Of a DNA stretch of 32,000 bases, positions 17,567 to 28,890 are shown piece after piece. The notes under the pieces are model-generated. The model was given only the letters and a program-made list of their open reading frames with translations, did no database searches and was not told the DNA's origin. Within the stretch, counting starts at the first letter, position 1, and each line of letters opens with the position of its first letter. A program made the position numbers and the translations under genes. The DNA comes from Xanthomonas campestris pv. campestris str. ATCC 33913. Lineage in GTDB: Bacteria; Pseudomonadota; Gammaproteobacteria; Xanthomonadales; Xanthomonadaceae. The DNA lies in NCBI RefSeq assembly GCF_000007145.1, contig NC_003902.1:3086497-3118496 (forward strand). Direction: 5' to 3'.

Positions 17567-18591
17567 GCCAGCAATCTCACCGCGCGGGCTTCGGCGACAG
17601 CGACCAGCAGGCGTTCCAGCGCCACCCAGGGGTCACCCTCGGCGCGCCCCTTGGCCATGCGATCGACCAGCCCGGCCTCGGCGACGAAGCGCTCCCATCG
17701 GCGCGGCTCGGGATGCCGTTGCAAGGCGCGCTTGAACGGTGCCTGGCGGGATTCCCAGATGCCCTGGGCCTTCATTTCGGCGCCCAGGTTGCCGCCGCCG
17801 GCCTGCACCTTGGCCAGGGAAGCGGTGCGCAGCAATTCCTTGATCAGGATGGGCATCAGCGCCGCGACTGCCTCGCCTTCGGCGCGCAGGCCGGCGAGCA
17901 TGCGCACCACCGCGGCCGGCTGCCCGGAAAAAGTGGTTTCGGCCAGGCGGAAGACGTCGTAACGGGCGGCATCGGCCACCAGCGATTCCATCGCCTCCAG
18001 ATCCAGCACCTTGCCATCGGCCAGCAACGCGAGCTTGTCGATCTCCTGCGCAGCGGCCAGCAGGTTGCCTTCCACCCGCTCGCTCAGCCGCTGCACCGCG
18101 GCCGCATCGGCGCGCAAGCCCTGCGCACGTAGGCGGCGCTCAATCCAGTCCGATAACTCATGCGGTTTGATCGGCCAGGCCACGGCGATGGTGCCGATCC
18201 GCCCGACCGCATCGGCCCATTTGCCTTGGTGCGCCTTGCTCCAGTCGTTGGCGGTGATCAGTAGCACCACGTCCGGCGGCGGGTTGGCGCAGAACCGGGT
18301 GATGACCTCGGCGCCGTCCTTGCCCGGCTTGCCGCTGGGCATGCGTACCTCGACCAGGCGGCGCGGGCTGAACAGGCTGGGCGCATTGAAGCTGGCGTCC
18401 AGCTGGTTCCAGTCGAACTCACGCCCGTCGGCGTCGAACACTTCGCGTTCACTGATGCCTTCGGCGCGCGCGCGGGCGCGCACCGCGTCGGCGGCCTCCA
18501 GCACACGCAAGGTTTCCGGGCCGGCAATCAGATAGACCGGCTGCAACGGCTGGCTGGACTGGCCGGCCAGCTGCTCTGGGCGAAGTTCCAT
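17563..18591 (-). CDS. holA: DNA polymerase III subunit delta
   Basis: 342 aa, the same length class as E. coli HolA and colinear with it (MELRPEQLAGQ..., VYLIAGPE, VEGNLLAAAQEIDKLALL). Located between lptE and nadD as in E. coli. Confidence 0.88.
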   Translation of the reverse strand: MELRPEQLAGQSSQPLQPVYLIAGPETLRVLEAADAVRARARAEGISEREVFDADGREFDWNQLDASFNAPSLFSPRRLVEVRMPSGKPGKDGAEVITRFCANPPPDVVLLITANDWSKAHQGKWADAVGRIGTIAVAWPIKPHELSDWIERRLRAQGLRADAAAVQRLSERVEGNLLAAAQEIDKLALLADGKVLDLEAMESLVADAARYDVFRLAETTFSGQPAAVVRMLAGLRAEGEAVAALMPILIKELLRTASLAKVQAGGGNLGAEMKAQGIWESRQAPFKRALQRHPEPRRWERFVAEAGLVDRMAKGRAEGDPWVALERLLVAVAEARAVRLLA

Positions 18592-18612
18592 GGACGAAAA
18601 GCGCGCGAGCGC

Positions 18613-19263
18613 TTAGTTGTTGTTCGACGGCTGCGGTGCGGGCGGCAGCGAGGCCGGCACGCTCGACTCCGGCGTGCCGGACGGCTGCACCGGCGGCGTG
18701 GTGCTGGGCTGCAGCGGCGCGGTAGGCGTGCTTTCCAGCGATTCGCCGCGCTCCACGCGGGCGCGCACCACGCTGTCGATGCGGCGCAGGATCGAGGCGG
18801 ACATGTCCTTGCGCAGCTCGTCGGCCAGGATCTCGCGCTCGGTCGCGGTACCGGTGGCGTCCACCGGCGGCGACACGTAATCACGCGACAGCTCGATCAC
18901 CTGCTGCGGCACCAGGATTGCGCCGTTGGCGGTGGTCACCGTGAAGATCGCCGCATAGCGCAGGCTGAACTCCTGCGCACGGCCCTGGCTGTCGATGGCG
19001 ATCGGCAGATCGCCCCAGCGCTCGGACAACACCTGCACCTGCGCAAAGCCGCTCTTGGCGTCTTCGTCGGCCAGGGTGGCGCCGGCGGCCTTCAGGCCAC
19101 GGCGCAGCAGTTTGGCCAGCTCGCTGTATTGCAACGCCGACTGCACCTTGACCGCGGGCGTATCCGGCGGCAGCGCCAACGAATTGCGCAGGTGGAAGCC
19201 GCAGGCGGTGAGGCTCGAGACAAGCACGAGGGAGGCGGCGAAGGCAGTAGGAAATCGGATCAT
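18613..19263 (-). CDS. lptE: LPS-assembly lipoprotein LptE with a Pro/Ser/Thr-rich C-terminal tail
   Basis: Lipobox SSLTAC followed by GFHLR, as in LptE/RlpB. ATG 19263 is preferred; the track ORF begins two codons earlier at GTG 19269. The tail PTAPLQPSTTPPVQPSGTPESSVPASLPPAPQPSNNN is low complexity. Confidence 0.85.
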   Translation of the reverse strand: MIRFPTAFAASLVLVSSLTACGFHLRNSLALPPDTPAVKVQSALQYSELAKLLRRGLKAAGATLADEDAKSGFAQVQVLSERWGDLPIAIDSQGRAQEFSLRYAAIFTVTTANGAILVPQQVIELSRDYVSPPVDATGTATEREILADELRKDMSASILRRIDSVVRARVERGESLESTPTAPLQPSTTPPVQPSGTPESSVPASLPPAPQPSNNN

Positions 19264-19375
19264 GGGCACAGTCTGGAGGAGCGCCCCGGCGGCGGCAACA
19301 GGCGGCTAGCCTGCCCGAGACGGCGTGAACGGGGCTTGAGAGGGCGCCGCACTACATTGCGGCGCCCGGAAATGA

Positions 19376-19535
19376 AAAACGCGTCGCCGCGCGCCAGTGA
19401 ACTGAATCACCGGGAACACGGCACTAGATCTGACAAACGTCGCCACGCGCCAGTGCGATGATTGCCATGAACCGCCTGAGCAATCCCCGCGCGCGTCACC
19501 ACATACCAGTGGAGTTCCTCACGGGAACGCGGCAA
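19376..19535. repeat. Three degenerate ~57-bp direct repeats in the leuS-lptE spacer
   Basis: The core GTCGCC(G/A)CGCGCCAGTG occurs at about 19383 and 19438, with a diverged copy GTCACCACATACCAGTG at about 19494. Copies 1 and 3 are followed about 15 nt later by CGGGAAC(A/G)CGGCA; copy 2 has only CATGAACCGCC there. Confidence 0.55.
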
Positions 19536-19670
19536 CACCCGCAACGGCGCATTGCAACTGACCAACGCAATGCATCGCCAGCAACACAGGTAAAACCTGA
19601 GCTACCGTCGCCAGGCGCCGATCCGACAAATCGGCCGGATCGGGCCTGGCAACCCGGCACTGCGCAGCCC

Positions 19671-22383
<2,713 letters not shown>

Positions 22384-23010
22384 TCAGACCGGGCGGCTAC
22401 CCGGCCGCAACAGCGCCGGCCAGGACCAGCCCGCCACCGCAAGCCAGCCCACCCAAGCCAGGAACGCCACGCGCTGGGCCACTGCCTGGCGCAGCAACCC
22501 GGGCGGGCCGAAAGACAGCACCGCCACCAGCAGGCCGGCGGCCAGGCTCAGCCACGCCAGCGCGCGCATGCCGGGCTGGTTGAGCAACTGCGCGGCAATC
22601 AACAGCATGCCGGGGACGAAAGCCACCGCCCACAGCAGCCACGCGGTGGCATGCGACTGGCTGGCGCGCCCGTCCAGGTCGGTGGGATCCAGCGGCAACA
22701 GGCCCATGCCGATGAAGGCCAAGCCCGCCAGCACGATCAACTGCCCACCCACGCGCAGGCTCCAGCCGGCCTTGGGCGGCATGCGGGCGAGCAGGCTGAT
22801 GCCGGTGGCCATGCCCAGCCCGCCCACCAGCACGAACGCCAGCAGATTGAAGCCCAGCGCATGCGGCACCCCGGCCGCGCCCAGCAATGCCACCGGGTGG
22901 CTGCCCTGCAGGTAACCGGGAAGCGCGGCCCCGAAGCCGGCCACTGCCAGCACAAAGGCAGTGGCGGCGATCAAGCCCAGATACCGCTGCAAACCCTCGA
23001 TGATCGCCAT
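22384..23010 (-). CDS. DUF998-like integral membrane protein
   Basis: 208 aa from ATG 23010, with GGAG 7 nt upstream. About six hydrophobic helices. No catalytic motif recognised; the family call is from memory. Confidence 0.65.
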   Translation of the reverse strand: MAIIEGLQRYLGLIAATAFVLAVAGFGAALPGYLQGSHPVALLGAAGVPHALGFNLLAFVLVGGLGMATGISLLARMPPKAGWSLRVGGQLIVLAGLAFIGMGLLPLDPTDLDGRASQSHATAWLLWAVAFVPGMLLIAAQLLNQPGMRALAWLSLAAGLLVAVLSFGPPGLLRQAVAQRVAFLAWVGWLAVAGWSWPALLRPGSRPV

Positions 23011-23167
23011 TGCCTTGCTCCACGTCGCGGCGCGCAACGCGCCAGAGCACGGCATTGTCGTGCGCGGCGGGCGCGGCGTGAACCCCTGGCGGCGGCAATG
23101 CTGGCCTTGTCTGGGCCGGGTTTGCCACCATTACGGTCCACTGTTGCCGTCATTCTCCTGGAAACCC

Positions 23168-24025
23168 ATGTCCGACAAAGCGCATGTATTCGATGTCACC
23201 ACCGACACCTTCGAGACCGAGGTCCTGCAGAAATCGTTGACGACACCGGTGCTGGTGGACTTCTGGGCCACCTGGTGCGGGCCGTGCAAATCACTGACCC
23301 CGATCCTTGAAAAGCTGGCAGCCGACTACAACGGCGCCTTCGAGCTGGCCAAGGTCGACGTGGACAAGGAGCAGCAGATCGCTGCGGCCTTCCAGATCCG
23401 TTCGGTTCCCACCGTGTTCCTGGTCAAGGGTGGCGAACTGGTGGACGGCTTCCCGGGCGCCATGCCGGAAGGCCAGATCCGCGAGTTCCTGACCCAGCAC
23501 GGCGTGCTGCCGGCCGAGCCGCAGGTGGCCGAAGAGGTTCCGCTGGCACCGCTGGACCCGCAGGCGCAGGTCGCCGCGCTACGCGAGGCAATCGCCGCCG
23601 AGCCGGACAAGGACGAACTCAAGCTGGACCTGGCGCTGGCGCTGCTCAAGACCGGCGACACGCTCGAGGCCGAGCAGTTGATCGACGCCCTGCCCGCCAA
23701 CCTGGCCACCGACGACCGCGCCGTGCGCGCCAAGGCGCGACTGGGCTTTGCGAACGTGCTCAAGGATGCGCCCGACGCCGCCGCTCTGCAGACTACGGTG
23801 GCCGCCGATGGCAGCGACCTGCACGCGCGCCATCTGCTCGGGGTCCGTCACCTGCTCGACGGCGACGACGAAGCGGCGCTGGAGCAGTTTCTGGAAATGC
23901 TGCGCCAGAACCGCGGTTTCGAGGACAACCTGCCGCGCCGCAGCCTGATCGACGCGTTCCGCGTGATCGAGGACGAAGACCTGGTGGGCCGCTACCGCCG
24001 CAAGATGTCGGCGCTGTTGTTCTGA
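23168..24025 (+). CDS. Thioredoxin-domain protein with C-terminal TPR-like domain (YbbN/CnoX-like architecture)
   Basis: 285 aa. The N-terminal thioredoxin fold has an intact WCGPC (VLVDFWATWCGPCK). The C-terminal ~170 aa is helical-repeat. Confidence 0.88.
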   Translation: MSDKAHVFDVTTDTFETEVLQKSLTTPVLVDFWATWCGPCKSLTPILEKLAADYNGAFELAKVDVDKEQQIAAAFQIRSVPTVFLVKGGELVDGFPGAMPEGQIREFLTQHGVLPAEPQVAEEVPLAPLDPQAQVAALREAIAAEPDKDELKLDLALALLKTGDTLEAEQLIDALPANLATDDRAVRAKARLGFANVLKDAPDAAALQTTVAADGSDLHARHLLGVRHLLDGDDEAALEQFLEMLRQNRGFEDNLPRRSLIDAFRVIEDEDLVGRYRRKMSALLF

Positions 24026-24031
24026 TCCCTG

Positions 24032-24073
24032 CGCGCTGCAGATGCCGGCCGGCGCGGACGCATCTGCAGCGCG
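24032..24073 (+). terminator. Strong hairpin immediately after the thioredoxin gene
   Basis: Perfect 14-bp stem CGCGCTGCAGATGC (24032-24045) / GCATCTGCAGCGCG (24060-24073) with a 14-nt loop. No T-run. Confidence 0.5.
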
Positions 24074-24146
24074 ACGTGCCTTCGGCATTACTCCATACGC
24101 ATACGAATGTTATTCTCGGCGCTGGCCTGGAGAGCTGACGTCGAGC

Positions 24147-24596
24147 ATGCGCGCACCCTTGTTCAAATTCGGCCTCAACCTGTGGCCGCCGTTCCTGTTC
24201 GCGGGCATCCACGTCACCGTGTTGTCGGCCGATTACCGCTACACGCGGGTCGAGCTGCGCCAGCGGCCATGGAACCGCAACTACGTGGGCACGCATTTCG
24301 GCGGCAGCCTGTTCGCCATGACCGACCCGTTCTGGATGCTGCTGGTAATGCAGAACCTGGGACGCGATTACTACGTCTGGGACAAGGCCGGCAGCATCGA
24401 CTTCATCAAGCCCGGCCGTGGCACGGTGACCGCGGACTTCGTGCTCGACAACGCCATCCTCGACACCTTGCGCAGCGCCACCGAGAGCGGCGAAAAATAC
24501 CTGCACTGGTTCGACACCGACGTGCACGACCTCAGCGGTGATGTGGTTGCACGCGTGCGTAAGCAGCTCTACATCAAGCGCAAACCGCAGCGCTGA
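24147..24596 (+). CDS. DUF4442 / YiiD-C-terminal hot-dog-fold (thioesterase-like) protein
   Basis: 149 aa from ATG 24147. LWPPFLFAGIHV, NRNYVGTHFGGSLFAMTDPFWMLL and YYVWDKAGSIDFIKPGRGTVTA match the family as I recall it. Confidence 0.78.
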   Translation: MRAPLFKFGLNLWPPFLFAGIHVTVLSADYRYTRVELRQRPWNRNYVGTHFGGSLFAMTDPFWMLLVMQNLGRDYYVWDKAGSIDFIKPGRGTVTADFVLDNAILDTLRSATESGEKYLHWFDTDVHDLSGDVVARVRKQLYIKRKPQR

Positions 24597-24766
24597 CGAG
24601 CGCAAGAAATACGCGTCACAGCAGGCCGTAGACGAGGTCGATTGCCGTCCTCACCACGTGAGTGATGCGTCTTTGCAATGCAAAAAGAAGCGTTGAAACG
24701 CTCACGATGCATTTGCGCTGCGATGGTGAATCTAGGCACTCCAAACCCACACACGGACTGCCTCCC

Positions 24767-25006
24767 ATGAAAGCGATCAATGTCATCACCCTGGTGCTTC
24801 TTATCGTCGGCGGATTGAACTGGGGCCTGGTCGGCCTGTTCCAATTCGATCTGGTCGCCGCGCTGTTTGGCGGACAAAACGCGGCCCTGTCGCGCGTGGT
24901 GTACACACTGGTCGGCCTGTCTGCGCTGTGGCAGCTGATCCCGCTGTTCCGCAACAACCATGCGCCGGCACAGCACCACACCAGCCCGCACGTGCGTAAC
25001 CACTAA
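24767..25006 (+). CDS. DUF378 small membrane protein
   Basis: 79 aa. MKAINVITLVLLIVGGLNWGLVGLFQFDLVAALFGG is the characteristic DUF378 N-terminus. Two TM helices. Confidence 0.8.
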   Translation: MKAINVITLVLLIVGGLNWGLVGLFQFDLVAALFGGQNAALSRVVYTLVGLSALWQLIPLFRNNHAPAQHHTSPHVRNH

Positions 25007-25124
25007 GCGCAGCTAGCAACAACAACGCCGTTTTTGTTAGCCGCTCCAACCTTGCATCGGCGGCGCGCTGAGCCGGTTGTGTCCAGACAGCTGATTTATC
25101 GTGCCGCTGCTGCATTTGCATCGC

Positions 25125-25154
25125 CACAACGCCGGCCTTCGTGCCGGCGTTGTG
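25125..25154. other. Perfect 12-bp hairpin upstream of the cyclophilin gene
   Basis: CACAACGCCGGC / GCCGGCGTTGTG with loop CTTCGT. No T-run on either strand. Confidence 0.4.
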
Positions 25155-25243
25155 CTGCTGGCGTATGGCATGGGTAGCGCACCGCCCTTTGCGTTGGCGC
25201 GCCGCGTCGGCAAGAATCAGTCACCTCCCCGCTGGCTGCCTTC

Positions 25244-26149
25244 ATGCTTCTGCGCACCCTCGCTTCTGCCTGCCTGCTCGCCCTGTTGGTGCCCACCGCT
25301 GCCAGCGCTGCCTACCGAAGCCCGCAGCAATTGCTCGACGCCTCGCCCGCCTCCGCATGGCGCGTCCTGGACCCCGAGCGCACGCTGTATCTGGAACTGG
25401 ACAGCGGCCGGGTGATCATCGAATTGGCTCCGCAGTTCGCGCCGGCGCATGTGGGCAACATCCGCACCCTGGCGCATGAGCGCTTCTGGGACGGGCTGAG
25501 CGTCTATCGCTCGCAGGACAATTTTGTGGTGCAGTTCGGCGACCCCGACGGCGAGACGCCGGCCAAGGCCAAATCGCTGGGATCGGCGAAAACGCATCTG
25601 CCGGCCGAATTCGAACGCGCCTCGCAGGGCCTGGATTTCCAGCGCCTGCCCGACAGCGACGGCTGGGCACCGCAGGTCGGCTTTGTCGAGGGTTTCCCGG
25701 TGGGCCGCGATCCGGCCAGCGGCAAGACCTGGCTGGCGCATTGCTACGGCACCCTGGGCGCGGGCCGCAATAACGATGAAGACAGCAGCATCGGCGCCGA
25801 GCTCTACGTGGTCACCGGTCAATCGCCTCGTCAGCTGGACCGCAACATCACCGTGGTCGGCCGCGTGGTCAAGGGCATGGAATTGTTGAGCGTGATTCCG
25901 CGCGGACCTGATCCAATGGGCTTTTACGAAGACGCCGCACAGCGCACCACGCTGCGCGCGATCCGGCTCGCCAGCGAGGTGCCGTTGCCCGAGCGCACGC
26001 CGCTGCAATTGCTGCGCACCGACAGCCAGACCTTCCGCGACGTGGCCGAAGCACGCCGCAACCGCAAGGACGATTTCTACAAGCGACCGGCCGGGCACAT
26101 CGATCTGTGCAATGTGCCGTTGCCGGTGCGGACGCCGCCTGCGGCGTGA
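25244..26149 (+). CDS. Secreted cyclophilin-type peptidyl-prolyl cis-trans isomerase (divergent)
   Basis: 301 aa. Signal peptide MLLRTLASACLLALLVPTAASA. The pattern VIIELAPQFAPAHVGNIRTLAHERFWDGLSVYRSQDNFVVQFGDP follows the cyclophilin N-terminal pattern. Confidence 0.75.
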   Translation: MLLRTLASACLLALLVPTAASAAYRSPQQLLDASPASAWRVLDPERTLYLELDSGRVIIELAPQFAPAHVGNIRTLAHERFWDGLSVYRSQDNFVVQFGDPDGETPAKAKSLGSAKTHLPAEFERASQGLDFQRLPDSDGWAPQVGFVEGFPVGRDPASGKTWLAHCYGTLGAGRNNDEDSSIGAELYVVTGQSPRQLDRNITVVGRVVKGMELLSVIPRGPDPMGFYEDAAQRTTLRAIRLASEVPLPERTPLQLLRTDSQTFRDVAEARRNRKDDFYKRPAGHIDLCNVPLPVRTPPAA

Positions 26150-26151
26150 AT

Positions 26152-26174
26152 GGGGAATCGGGAATGGGGAATCG
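26152..26174. repeat. Short GGGAATC-type heptamer array
   Basis: GGGGAATCGGGAATGGGGAATCG begins 3 nt after the cyclophilin stop codon, in the convergent gap before the EamA gene. Confidence 0.7.
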
Positions 26175-26214
26175 CAGGAGCGGATTGCTGCGAATTCTCG
26201 AACACTGCCGATGC

Positions 26215-27102
26215 TTAGCGTGCGCGTTGGCTGAAGGCCACGCTGCCCAGGATCAATACCGCGGCCAGCAGCATGGTCCAGGTCAGTGCCTCGCCCAATA
26301 GTGCCCAGGCCAGCAGCGCGCCGAACACCGGCACCAGATAGGTGACGGTGGAGGCGCGCGCGGGGCCGATGCGCTGGATCAGGCGGTAATACATCAGGAA
26401 GGCCAGCCCGGTGCACACCACGCCCAATGCACCGGCGCAGGCCCATGCGCTGGCCGGCACCGGCGCGCTCGGCCACTGCCACCACGCCACCGGCGCCAGC
26501 AGCAGCGCACTGCACCCCAATGTGGAGGCTGCCGACGCTGCCGGCGGCAGATCGCCCATGTGGCGTTTCACCAGGTTGTAGCCGATGCCATACAGCAGCG
26601 ACGCGGTGGCGCCGGCCAACGCGGCCGGCCCCACGCTGAGCCCGGCGGACTTGCCGGTGGCCAGTACCAGCACGCCGATAAAGCCGATCAACAGTGCCAC
26701 CGCGCGGCGCGTGCCGATGCGTTCGCCAAAGAACACGAACGCGATCAGGGCAGTGAACAACACCGTCATCGCGTTGCAGATGGCGCCCACCGCCGCGGGC
26801 GCATGCTGCGCGCCCCAGGCGAACAGCAGGAACGGCAATGCCGAGTTGAGCACGCCGATGGCGGCCAGCATCGGCCAACGGTGTAGCGGGAAGCGGCTGC
26901 GCGCCACCCACAAAAACGGCAACAACACTGTGGCACCCAGCGCGAGACGAATTTCCACCAATGCCGCGGCGCCGAAATGCGGCGCGGCCACACGCATGAA
27001 CAGGAACGAGCAGCCCCATACGATTCCCAGGAACACCAGTTCCAGCGGCGTGCGCCAATCGCGCACGCCAAGCGCCGGTTGCAGTGACGGCTGTGCACTC
27101 AT
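26215..27102 (-). CDS. EamA/DMT-superfamily transporter
   Basis: 295 aa from ATG 27102, with AGGAGG upstream. Ten hydrophobic segments in a two-repeat EamA layout (LELVFLGIVWGCSFLFMRVA...). Confidence 0.85.
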   Translation of the reverse strand: MSAQPSLQPALGVRDWRTPLELVFLGIVWGCSFLFMRVAAPHFGAAALVEIRLALGATVLLPFLWVARSRFPLHRWPMLAAIGVLNSALPFLLFAWGAQHAPAAVGAICNAMTVLFTALIAFVFFGERIGTRRAVALLIGFIGVLVLATGKSAGLSVGPAALAGATASLLYGIGYNLVKRHMGDLPPAASAASTLGCSALLLAPVAWWQWPSAPVPASAWACAGALGVVCTGLAFLMYYRLIQRIGPARASTVTYLVPVFGALLAWALLGEALTWTMLLAAVLILGSVAFSQRAR

Positions 27103-27272
27103 GCGCGCACCCTCCTGGCCTGCGATGCGGCGGTGCACACGCGTGAAAGAACATCGGGCAGGCGAGCGGTCATGGCGCGGGATCGAGATGGGGAGCGACA
27201 AAGCATCCGCGCACATCGCAGGCGCGACAAGCGCGTAGTATCGGGGCGAGCCACAAATCTCACTCATGCATC

Positions 27273-28265
27273 ATGCATCTGCGTCCTACCTTGCTGCCTG
27301 CACTCGGCGTCTTCGCCGCAGCCGCGCGCCACCAGAACTTCGCCCATGCGGCGGAAGAACTGCACCTCACCGCCAGCGCGGTGAGCCATCACGTGCGCAA
27401 GCTCGAGGCACTGCTCGGTGCAACCTTGTTTCAGCGGCTGCCGCGCGGCGTAATGCTCACCGCCGAAGGACGCCAGCTGGCCGATGCCGCCAGCGCGGCG
27501 CTGGCCGAGATCGCCGCGGTGGCGGGCAATCTGCACCCGCGCGAAGACGCCATCCCGCTGCGCGTGACCACGCTGCGCTCGCTGTCGTATTGCTGGTTGT
27601 TGCCGCGCCTGCCGCGGTTCTGCCGCCTGCACCCGCATATCCGCCTGGACCTGCAATCGGACCCGGCATTCTCGCGCTTCGAGGAAGGCGGGCCGGAAGT
27701 GGGCATCCGCTACGGCCAAGGCGCCTGGCCGGGGTTGACCTCGCACCACCTGATGGACGACGAACTGTTCCCGGTGGCCTCGCCCTCGTTGCCCGAAGTG
27801 GCCGCGTTGCAGACGCCGGCGCAGATTGCGCAACTGCCGCTGTTGTCGGACATGTCGCCGCAGGGCTGGCGCGACTGGTTCCGCGCGGCGCAGGTGCGCG
27901 GCACCACGCTGCCGCCGATGCACACCTTCAACGACAGCACCGATGCGATGCGCGCGGCCGTGTACGGACTGGGCGCGGTGCTGGCACGCAAGCACATTGC
28001 CCAACCGTATCTGCAGCGCTATGAGCTGGTACGCCTGCCCGGCCCGACCTTGAAGGCGCGCTACGCCTACTACATCGTGCACCCCAGCCATCGCGCGCCC
28101 AGCCCGGCGGCCACCGTGTTCATCGACTGGCTCAAACGCGAAGCACTGGACGAGCGCACGCCGATGCCGGCACTGCCCGCCGAACTGCTGGCATTGCCCA
28201 CCGGCGAGACCGCGCACGCGCCGGACAGACGGCGGCGATCGCGCCGTGCGCCGGCAACCGAGTGA
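27273..28265 (+). CDS. LysR-family transcriptional regulator (GcvA-like), divergent from the EamA transporter
   Basis: 330 aa. N-terminal wHTH LPALGVFAAAARHQNFAHAAEELHLTASAVSHHVRKLEALLG, followed by a LysR substrate-binding domain. Confidence 0.9.
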   Translation: MHLRPTLLPALGVFAAAARHQNFAHAAEELHLTASAVSHHVRKLEALLGATLFQRLPRGVMLTAEGRQLADAASAALAEIAAVAGNLHPREDAIPLRVTTLRSLSYCWLLPRLPRFCRLHPHIRLDLQSDPAFSRFEEGGPEVGIRYGQGAWPGLTSHHLMDDELFPVASPSLPEVAALQTPAQIAQLPLLSDMSPQGWRDWFRAAQVRGTTLPPMHTFNDSTDAMRAAVYGLGAVLARKHIAQPYLQRYELVRLPGPTLKARYAYYIVHPSHRAPSPAATVFIDWLKREALDERTPMPALPAELLALPTGETAHAPDRRRRSRRAPATE

Positions 28266-28476
28266 GCCTTCGCCGCAGGTAGTGCATCGCCATCTGCAAC
28301 TGCGCCGCGATGTCTCCCGTTGTGCAAGCGATCCAATCAGTCTGCCGCCCAGTGGCGCGTCAGGCGGCTGCGAAAGCAACAGTAGACGTGCACGCCAACA
28401 CGGCCTTGCACCGCACTTCCGCCTCTCCAAACAGGGACGGGCGACGCTCCCAGCTCGACCCGCCAGTAAAAATCGC

Positions 28477-28536
28477 TTGACACCTCGCACACCAAGCGAG
28501 TTAATTAGTTAATTAGCTAATTCGTTAATTAGCTAA
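28477..28536 (+). promoter_or_regulatory. Putative sigma70 promoter (perfect TTGACA) plus AT-rich tandem/palindromic operator of the arsR-family gene
   Basis: TTGACA lies at 28477-28482. Starting 17-19 bp downstream is TTAATTAG TTAATTAG CTAATTCG TTAATTAG CTAA (28501-28536), which includes the perfect palindrome AATTAGCTAATT (28511-28522). The ATG is at 28543. Confidence 0.5.
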
Positions 28537-28542
28537 GCCATC

Positions 28543-28857
28543 ATGTCGATCGATCGCATTTTCGAAGCCCTGGCATCGCGGCCACGTCGCGAGATCCTGG
28601 CCTATCTGTCGGCGCAGGAACTGACCGCTGGCCAGATCGGCGAGCGCTTTGCGATGAGTGCGCCCGCCATTTCGCGGCATCTGTCGGTGTTGTCGGCGGC
28701 TGGCCTGGTCAGCAGCGAACGGCGCGGCCAGTTCGTGGTGTACCGGCTGACCCCGCACAACATGGTCAACACGCTCAGCGGTTTCGCCTTCGAGGTCTGC
28801 CCCAAGGCCGGTCCGTTGCAACGCGAATCGCGCAAGCTGGCCAAGAAACCGCGCTGA
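28543..28857 (+). CDS. ArsR/SmtB-family winged-helix transcriptional regulator (no metal-site motifs)
   Basis: 104 aa. IFEALASRPRREILAYLSAQELTAGQIGERFAMSAPAISRHLSVLSAAGLV is the ArsR HTH_5/HTH_20 pattern. It has a single Cys and no CXC in helix 3. Confidence 0.88.
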   Translation: MSIDRIFEALASRPRREILAYLSAQELTAGQIGERFAMSAPAISRHLSVLSAAGLVSSERRGQFVVYRLTPHNMVNTLSGFAFEVCPKAGPLQRESRKLAKKPR

Positions 28858-28890
28858 ATTCCGCTCTTCGTCATGACTGCAAGGATTGCC

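Noticed and set aside
24597-24766. Lower-GC 170-bp region upstream of the DUF378 gene as a riboswitch or sRNA
   Set aside because: It contains only a small hairpin (AGCGTT-GA-AACGCT) and I recognise no conserved riboswitch core. It is most simply a promoter/5' UTR region.
27103-27272. LysR T-N11-A operator in the EamA/LysR divergent region
   Set aside because: I saw only loose dyads (for example CGATG...CATCG with a 24-nt gap). Nothing has the canonical spacing, so no site is reported.
28501-28536. Interpreting the TTAATTAG block as a cloning-vector or synthetic all-frame stop cassette
   Set aside because: The flanking sequence is continuous native-looking DNA with a matching -35 box and a start codon, and there are no other vector-like features. 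I kept it as an alternative in the finding and do not assert it.
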